Shown here: piece after piece, positions 13,801-22,800 of the stretch
Numbering within the stretch: the first letter of the stretch is position 1
How the letters are laid out: every line of letters starts with the position of its first letter
Assembly: GCA_965649765.1 (NCBI GenBank)
Contig: OZ287753.1
Location: 16,678,001-16,742,000, forward strand
DNA from: Bispira polyomma
Taxonomy: Eukaryota
DNA length: 64,000 nt
Direction of reading: 5' to 3'
Program-made: the position numbers and the translations under genes
The notes under the pieces: model-generated
Database searches by the model: none
Told to the model about the DNA's origin: nothing
The model's input: only the letters and a program-made list of their open reading frames with translations

Positions 13801-16800
13801 AATGAAATATTATCAATGCAATCTTCATATTAAGGTGGAAATTAAGAATAAATAAGTCTGTTATGTTATTGTAAAATGCATATATAAACTGTTCATCAAT
13901 TTGTGGCATGTTGCAAAGTGTTCTTGTAGAGTTCCCACATATAACATATATACCACCAAAATAAAGAGTGTTGCATAGAAGTCTATTATCAAGGCATATT
14001 CCAGTTGCCCTGATATCTGCAAGTTGCTAATCTGGAATACCATTCTATTAGATGTTATTCTAACAGGCTGTTATGGTTAAACTTATTGCTCATTCATTAT
14101 GAGAGAAACCCTATTGTTACATTAAACTTTTGATATCAATTGTGGGTCGCCTGTTGTCACATGTCTAAACCATATGTCACCACTTTCAGATGATAAACTC
14201 CTCGTTGGTGTGGTTTTACTGAAGCATGCCTCTCTAATCAGATCATCAGCCAGATTTATGGAAGCAAAGTACTCTGAGCCGGCTCCATGTGGGGACCTTG
14301 GTAGTATTACCACCACCACTACCACTACCACCACTAATACAACTACTACTGCACCTCCACCAGAAAATATCACTGCCTTTTCTGATTATAACCTTGATCC
14401 CATATATATTCATGAAGCAACGTGTTCCTTTTCGTATTGGGAGGAAAACACTCGATATACGCCAGTTGGAAGCCTCGTATCGGTGACTGTCAAATTATCC
14501 ACTGACTCTGGAGATTTTCTGGACCTCAGCCATCACACGACAGTAGCTATTGATAGTATTCCTTGTCCAAGCTCTTATTATGGTGACACATCTTGTAATG
14601 TAAGTATATGGAATCAAAAGTGAAGGTAAAATAACTTTACTATCTGAAGAATAATGGGTCAGTAACACTGTTTACACTGAGGCGCTACAGAAATGATAAA
14701 TACTGGAGTTGTGCATATTAATTTTAAGATTTAAAAACATAAATAAATTTTAGGTTACCTGAGCTAAAGGTTTAAGTTCCTTGAGTTTATGGTTACCTTA
14801 AGTTATGGTTAAAGTTGTCAAATATTGATGATCACCAGAGCAACTGTCCAACCTTGGGTGGCTGCTGGTTTCGTTTGGAGAATAGAAGGTTCCTCAACTT
14901 GTAACAAACATTTAAGTTATAACACAGCTGTGTATAAAATTCCTTGCTTCTAATTAGAAAAAAAGAGGTAAGTATAACCATACGTCCTGTTGTTATAATT
15001 GTTATTTATATATTTTTATACCTTATTTATTTTTATACTTTGGAAAGGGAAGGAGGTAAGGAGGTAAACCATACATAATCATAATAAGGGAGATTTAGTA
15101 TGAATGTGCAGGTACATATAAGAATATAGAAGTACAGTAGAGACTCTATTATAGGAACATGTTGGAAGAGAAAAATATTGTTCGAATAATAGACAGTTCG
15201 TAAAATAGAAAATAGATCTTTGTATAAAACGACAGAAAAATGTAAATTTGACAGATGGAAAATTAGTTCATAAGATTAAATATTTGGATAATAGAAGGTC
15301 GGATAATAGAGGTTATACTGTATTACATATCAACTGAAAGATAATTCTACAAGCTTTCCAATGGTATGACTGATTTGCAAAATACAAATAGTTAAATTGA
15401 TCTTATGTGTAAAACCCTAGAAAATAAGCAAAATGAAATGGCGAAATACCTGCACGTGGGTACATTATTATTAGTTAAATTTATATTGCGCCTTATTATA
15501 GTTACTCAAAGTGCTTAAAATGTACATGTACAATTGTACTAATCCATTCTTATACTTCCATTTTAGTTAGCAGAGGGAGCAGAGTGCTCCACGCTTATGT
15601 TTACAACGTCTCTCAGTGGTAGGTATAACATGTTTTGTGATATTTTTGATATTTTCTCTCAACTATTGACAAGTATATTTGAGGCTACACCAAACACATA
15701 CATTCATTTTTATATATTAAAAAATATATATACAGTATATTCCTACTTTTTATTGATTAAAAGCACTTATTTGCCTTTTTTTAGTGTGATGCTCTTATCT
15801 TAAGTGAGGATATCTGTTTATCAATACTACTTATGCCTCAATTCACATGTCAGCTGCATGGCAGTCAGTGCCAAAAGCAGGCCGATGGTTTTGTAACTTA
15901 TTTTCCCCACCTATTAATTTGGCTGTTCTGTCAAGGTGAAATATAGCCCCGGAAATGAGATGTACAGACAGAAACAGCCAAGTACTGTTAAAGAATCTTA
16001 ATCTAGTAGAAGACTTACAGTAATATTACGGAAATGGGCGGAATTGTGATTTGGCAATACTCCTTTTTCATAACAGTAAGGCGTAAATTGAAACCCGACC
16101 CTACCTCACACAGAATGTAGAAGGTTTGGGAAGGTTATTCGCTGTAGAAAGCAAATTTATTGTATCTTCATACTGTCATGGTGAGAACGTCACATAAAAC
16201 TCTTTCATCAGCCATTGGGTATATGAGCCAGTTACAGGCATTTTGGACCATTTTGTATCAGCCAGTGTGTGTGGGAACCCCAGGCTGGGATCAAACTAAC
16301 GTTCTCTGTATTTGTTAGCCACTGGTGCAAGGCCATGGTGGTTGATATGTAATATTATAACATTACAACAACATGCAGTTTGCTCTTATTTTTTCGGGGG
16401 CACAGTAAGGTAGTACATTTAAACTACCTTATGCCGTGGTCACACTGGCCTTACGTTGCGATTACACACAAAAAAAAAATAGAACACGTAAGTGAAATGT
16501 AAGCATTTGCTTAGTGAATGTAGTGCTCTTAAGTAAATGTAGGCATGCGTGAGTAAGATGGTCCCTTTGATGTTTAAATTTTGTGCTGCTCAAAATTTAT
16601 GTTCATTTTGACCGTTTTGGCCGAAACGGAAGGTGTGTTCGCGAGTAACATATGACACATATTTAATGCGTGTATGAATTAAAAGACAGCAGTAAAAAGT
16701 ACTATACATCTAAATAATATTTAAAACAAACAGAACGAGATCGAAACGTGTTTAGAAACGTGACTAACATATTTTAAAACGTGGCTAACGATACAAACAT

Positions 16801-19800
16801 AATTGAAACGGCTAATAAAACGTGTAAAATGCGTATACAAAAGTGAACAGAACGTGTACAAAACGGCCCATACATTGATTTTTTGTTATGTTTCCCAAAT
16901 TTTTACTTCTTTTTTTTCCCACTTGCTTACATTTATAACAAAGCAAATATAAACACAAACATGCTTAGTGTGATCACAGCATTAACTACAGGATGCATGA
17001 ATTGACCACATCAATAATGAATAGCCTGTGATAAATCCTAGTTACACCCCCCAACAACTATATGGCTTATAAAATTGACATTTCCCTAATCAACAGTCAA
17101 ACGCTAATATTGGTGATGCTTTCAACATAGAAGCTAATTTTGATTGTAGTTTGGACCTCAGGATTATGTCAAACCACTTATCATGGAGATCAGGTTCGCT
17201 GTGAATGCTCAGACCATCGACTGTTTGCACTCTTCCAAGAATTTGTAAGTTGCTCTAAGCTTACATTTGTTAAATATTATTATAAAAGAACTTATATATT
17301 ATCCTCTGGTTGTCCAAATGGTTAGTCGGAGGACAGAAATGGGTCATGACAAAAAGAGCAAAAAAGAACAAAAAATTAGACTTTCTTAAGGCTCAACTCG
17401 ATCTGAAAGTCGCAATTAAATTAGGAACAAATTCAATATCCCCTAATTTCGCCCATTTGGACAATAGAGTCCATTATTGTGGGAAGTATTGTGGTGTCAC
17501 AAAACTGCCATTCCCGAGTACCCGAACGTTGTGATTATCCGAACTAATTAATTGTCTCTTGTAGGTTTGGATAGTTAAGATTTGACATTACTTTGTACAC
17601 ATATCTTTGTAGTTTGATGCTATAGTCAGTGCACCACCGCCCATCTTTCCTGAAGTTGCTTTTGAAAGAACAGAGCTCTCTGGTTTTGTAGTAAGTTATA
17701 TATGATACATATCAAAATGTATGTTCTTTTCTGAGAATGTTAATCTAATAGTGTACATTTTTATCTACAATGTAAACAAAATCTATTAAAATAAACCTGC
17801 AAACGACACAAAACTTATTAAAGGTTTCAAAATTCAATTTGAAATATTGGTGACACGTATTATTAATGTTGAATATCAATGTAGCATGGATCTCATATTT
17901 AAGCTCCTTTACATCATAGATTGTATGTATTGCATCAATATGAATAATCATCTGTCTGTGGAATTATTTTAGGCTTTCAATTACAACAAGCCGATTGCTT
18001 TGGCTGGACATATTTTGGGCGGCATTTCACTGTTTTGTCTGATCCTCACTGTTCTTTCCCATGGTTTATTCAGGTATATATATAGTAAATATATTATCAA
18101 TTAACCATGTGTACAACTGATAAATTGATATATTTATTATTAATTAACCAATTATACAACTGAGAATTTGATACATATATTATCAATTAACTATTTATGT
18201 AACTGATAAATAAATAGATATCATCAATTAGCCATGTATACAACTGATAAATTAATACATCTATTATTAATTAACCGTGAATTCAACTGATTAATTGATA
18301 CATCTATTACTGATTAATGGTTCATTCAACTAAAAAAGTGATAAATTAATAGAAATATTGTCAATTAGCCAACTAATTAATTGTTACATATCTTATCAAT
18401 TAATCTTGTAAACAACTAAAAATGTCATACATCTATTAACCATGGATGCATATTAACCGTGAATACAATTGATATAAATTAATATATATATATTATCTAT
18501 TGACCATGGATACAAGTGATAAATTGGTACATCTATTATTAAGGGGCCCTTAAAACAACTGATAAATTGTCATATATATAGTATCAATAAACCATTTATA
18601 CAACTGATAAATTGATATATTTATTATTAATTATATACAAATAAAATAAATTGGTACATCTACTATCAACTATCTGCAACTGTGGTCCAGTCGATAACAC
18701 ATACGCTTAGTAAGACTTTATGAGGCGGTCATCTATCATTGGTTCTTATTCCCATAGGCAGGGTACAAATCGATGGGGAGGTTGATAAATGGTCATCCTG
18801 AAGTAAGATTGGGGAATGATACTTAATTGTTGTAAGTCAAGTAAGGGTTAATCAGCTATTTGAATACCAGAAAAGGCACATTAATGGGCTGAGTATAAAT
18901 TTGATTAAATACAACAATACAGTTAACCATGGATACAACTGATACATTTATTATCAATTAACCATGAATACAACTGATGAATTGATACATCTATCATCAA
19001 TCAACCAGGAATACCAGACACAAGAGGCCGTCACAGATCCTGATACATTTATGTGTCTCCCTGATTTTACTGACCATCATCTTATACTTGTCCAGTGTTC
19101 TAGTAACAACCATCACCAGATGTGTCATAGCTAACATCCTCAGGTATTCTCATTATTTTTATTTTTTTCAAAAATAAGAATGTAAATGCACAGACCTAGC
19201 TATAGTGACTATACTCATAGAGTGGCCTAAATATAGACAGTAGCATATGTAATTGTAAGGCCTTAGTCTTAACTTAGTTTTAAGCTTGAGACTTTAGTCT
19301 TTGACTTTGGCCGAAAAAAGATTTTGGTCTTAGTCTCAGTGACTGTAAGACAAGATCTTTGGCTAGTGTTAACTTTGCTCTCAACACTAATACTAACAAT
19401 AGGCAGTCTCAAATGTTTTAGACATAAATTTGAAGCTTAAGACTAAGTTAAGACTAAGACATGTGAATACGGCATCCCCAGATCAATAAGTTAAACACTA
19501 GACAGCAATGCATGTCATAAAATAATTTAAAGTTAATAAAAAAACAATTCTCCAACATGTGTGATGTCATACCTAAATTAACATTTGTTGCACCCATCAT
19601 TTCTAAGAACTTGACCATATACTCCAACTTTGTCAATACAATGTTTCTTCTTCAATTCTCTCTCTCTATATTAAATTTCCTGAAGGGATAGTTTATACTC
19701 AAAGGGAAAAAATATTCCAGATCAAGGTATATTTTTTCATATTTTGCTACAATGGCATATTTGTAAAGGTAAACACTCTTGTGAATACAATAATTTTTTT

Positions 19801-22800
19801 ATTAATTGTGTTTGATCATACATACGGTGCACATATCTTAAAAAGAACCTGTACACATATACATTTAGTCTGGGCTTCCTTTTAGCATGTTTTTCTGCCA
19901 ATTTTATCGGTCATTATTTAATATTAGGAAGTGCTTCCTTTGAACATATTTCACATAATCGGCCGACATCTGTTCCACCATAAAAATTTATCTGCAACGG
20001 AGCGAAAATATCGGGAGGGAGGTCGATATCTGAACATTCTACTCCATTCTACTCCACATCGGATAAACGAATTGCTACATCGGCTGATGTCGACTTGGAT
20101 ATTAATAAATCGGCAAACGTCGGTGACTGCTGAAAGGAAGCCCAGGCTAAGTGTAGTTAGGTATAGGAATGCTAATGTTGTCAATACATTTGCAAAGTCC
20201 GATACATGATCCCCACTGCTGCATGTTGTCTATAGATATTACCTGGTGTTTGTGAGTCTTTTCTGGAATGCCACTGAGGCCGTCAACCTCTACCTCATGT
20301 TAGTCATGGTCTTCAACACAGAGATCAGCAAATTCATTCAAAAAGCAGCTATTCTTGCATGGGGTAAGTCATGGTATTCAACACAGAGCTCATGAAATGC
20401 ATCCAAAAGGTGGCTGTTTTTGCATGGGGTAAAGTGGGTTTCTTCATGTTAGTAGTTGAAAAATATCAAGATTACAAACGTATGGTGGGCCAATATGGTA
20501 GACTAGATGAGGTATGATAGATAGGCAGGAATAGAAGGGCCATTATTTTACCTTCTTAAGTGTGATGTTGAGTTTATTTTGGTTTTATACCACTTTTAAC
20601 CTCTTAGTGGAAGTTAGATATAGTGATTTAGGAAACACAGTACCATACTAAATTCCATATATGTACTGCAAATTACACTTTTCAAGAATCTGTAAGCTTG
20701 ATCTAGTGTTTTGTTTTGATATAGACATTTATATTCATCTATAGGCATTTGTAAATATATGTCTTTATATTATGTCTGAAATAGATTTATTATTCTTATT
20801 AAATATATTTTATATCAGCCTTCAGATTGTGTCAATTTTTTTTTTATCCAACCGCCAACTGTAGGTCTTCCAGCTGTCATGATTGCCATCACTCTTGGTG
20901 TTGACAAGAAGACCTTCCATGGCCATTACATCCCTGAGGATCCGGATTCAGAGGAGAGACCAGCTAAGTGTTATTACAGGTTTGAATTAGTATAGTTTGG
21001 GTTTATTGACATTTTCAACACCTCTTGTGTGATATCATGCCGGCAAGTTCATTGGTGTAAAAAATGAGATCAACATAGTCAAGGTTTTCTGCTCTGTAAA
21101 CCACTGGCCTTCAGTAATTAACCGTAAAGTTTTTACCACATGCACAGCGGGACTGAGAATCGAAACCACAACAACTGCAGGAATGAGGGGCGAGACTGTG
21201 TTAACTTCACACCACCAAAGCCCCCATTCTAGGTTGGACTGTGTCAAGGTAACACTCTTAATACCCCAATTCCCACCTCGTCATCGGTAGGTTCAAATAA
21301 CGGCCCTGGCATGTATGTAGAAAAGTTGCCCGTATTCACGAACGTAAACTCAGCTTAAACTCATACGCAACTTAAATACAGGCCATGTGGAAATCTATGT
21401 ACATGGAAATAACTTATACTCGTGACCATTCATTTTAATAGGGCTTTCAATACTGAATTCAAATATGGAATCAGATTTTAGATATATTTGCTGTATCCAG
21501 AGTTATAGAGAATCCAGTTGAGTATGAGTTTAAGCTAGGTATACGTTCGAGAATACCAGCCCAGTGGTTTACAGTTCCTTAATTTTGACAAACTATCCTG
21601 TTCTTCTTTTCTCCACCAATAAACTGTCCTGATATAATACACAAGTGTTAAAAGCTGAAAGAGAAAATTTCAATCCAGAACCTCATCCTCATTCATCGTA
21701 ACAAATTTATGCCTTAATTTGAGCAATGAACCAATAGTATTTTATGAAGTCCAAGGTAACTTGAAATAATTAAAAAACAACAAATAAACAATTGCAACTA
21801 GACCTAGCGCATCGGAGAACCAATGCATATTTGTATCCACCAGAAAGACAAAGCACCCTTGGTAGCAAGCACTTTATCTAGCAAACACCCTAGCTTGCAC
21901 CCAAGCAAGGAGCCTATGATTTCCTGTAGGGCATTTATACTAATAACCTTAAATTGCACAAGTGGGTTTCATATTGCAAACATGTGGGACGAATACGTGT
22001 GAGATAGGCACTTTAAAGTTTGACCTACCCATTTGACCTTGCACAAGGGATCCAAAGTCAAATCTGACCACAGAAAAATATTAGCAGCCCAGGATTTCCT
22101 ATAGGTTGGTTTCACATCCCAAACCTGTACGGCCAATAATATGCACCAATAATATGTTACAGGCACTTTTAAGTTTGGCCAAGAATGACCTTGAACGAGG
22201 GGCCAAAGGTCAAATCGCACCACATCAAAAGATTCCTAGGCCATGATTTTCTATTCCAAAGATATATAGGCACTTTTAAGTCTGGCCACCTGTATTTGAC
22301 CTTGAACGAGAGGCTAAAGGTCAAATCTGAGAACATGAAAAGATTCCCAGCCCATGATTTTCTATAGGTTGGTTTGGCACTCCAAACCTGTCTGACCAAT
22401 AATAAGTTAGATATAAGCACTTTTAAGTTTGGCCATCCGCATTTGACCTTGAACGAAGGGCCCAAGATCAAATCTGACAACATCAAAAGATTCCCTGCTT
22501 ATGAATTCCTATAGGTTGGTTTCAGATCCTAATCCTCTAGGACCAATATTATAGGCAGTTTTAAGTTTGGCCATCCACATTTGACCTTGAACCAATAATA
22601 CCAATTTGGCACTCCAAACCTGTTGGACCAATAGTAAGTGAGATATAAGCACTTTTAAGTTTGGCCATCCGCATTTGACCTTGAACGAGGGGCCCAAAGT
22701 CAAAGTGGACCACATGAAAAGATTCCCAGCCCATGATTTCCTATAGCTTTGTATCAGATCCCAAACCTATAGGACCAATATTAAGCGATATATGGGCACT

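Noticed and set aside
14122-14373. Poly-Val hydrophobic ORF on the minus strand
   Set aside because: It is the antisense shadow of the Thr codon run in a gene A exon.
19931-20209. Overlapping 92-aa and 77-aa ORFs on opposite strands
   Set aside because: They lie largely within a TIR-bounded MITE and show no recognisable domain.
21969-22715. Repetitive ORFs (SDLTLGPSFKVK..) resembling a repeat protein
   Set aside because: They are translations of the ~147-bp satellite in several frames and both strands within an intronic Helentron-type element.
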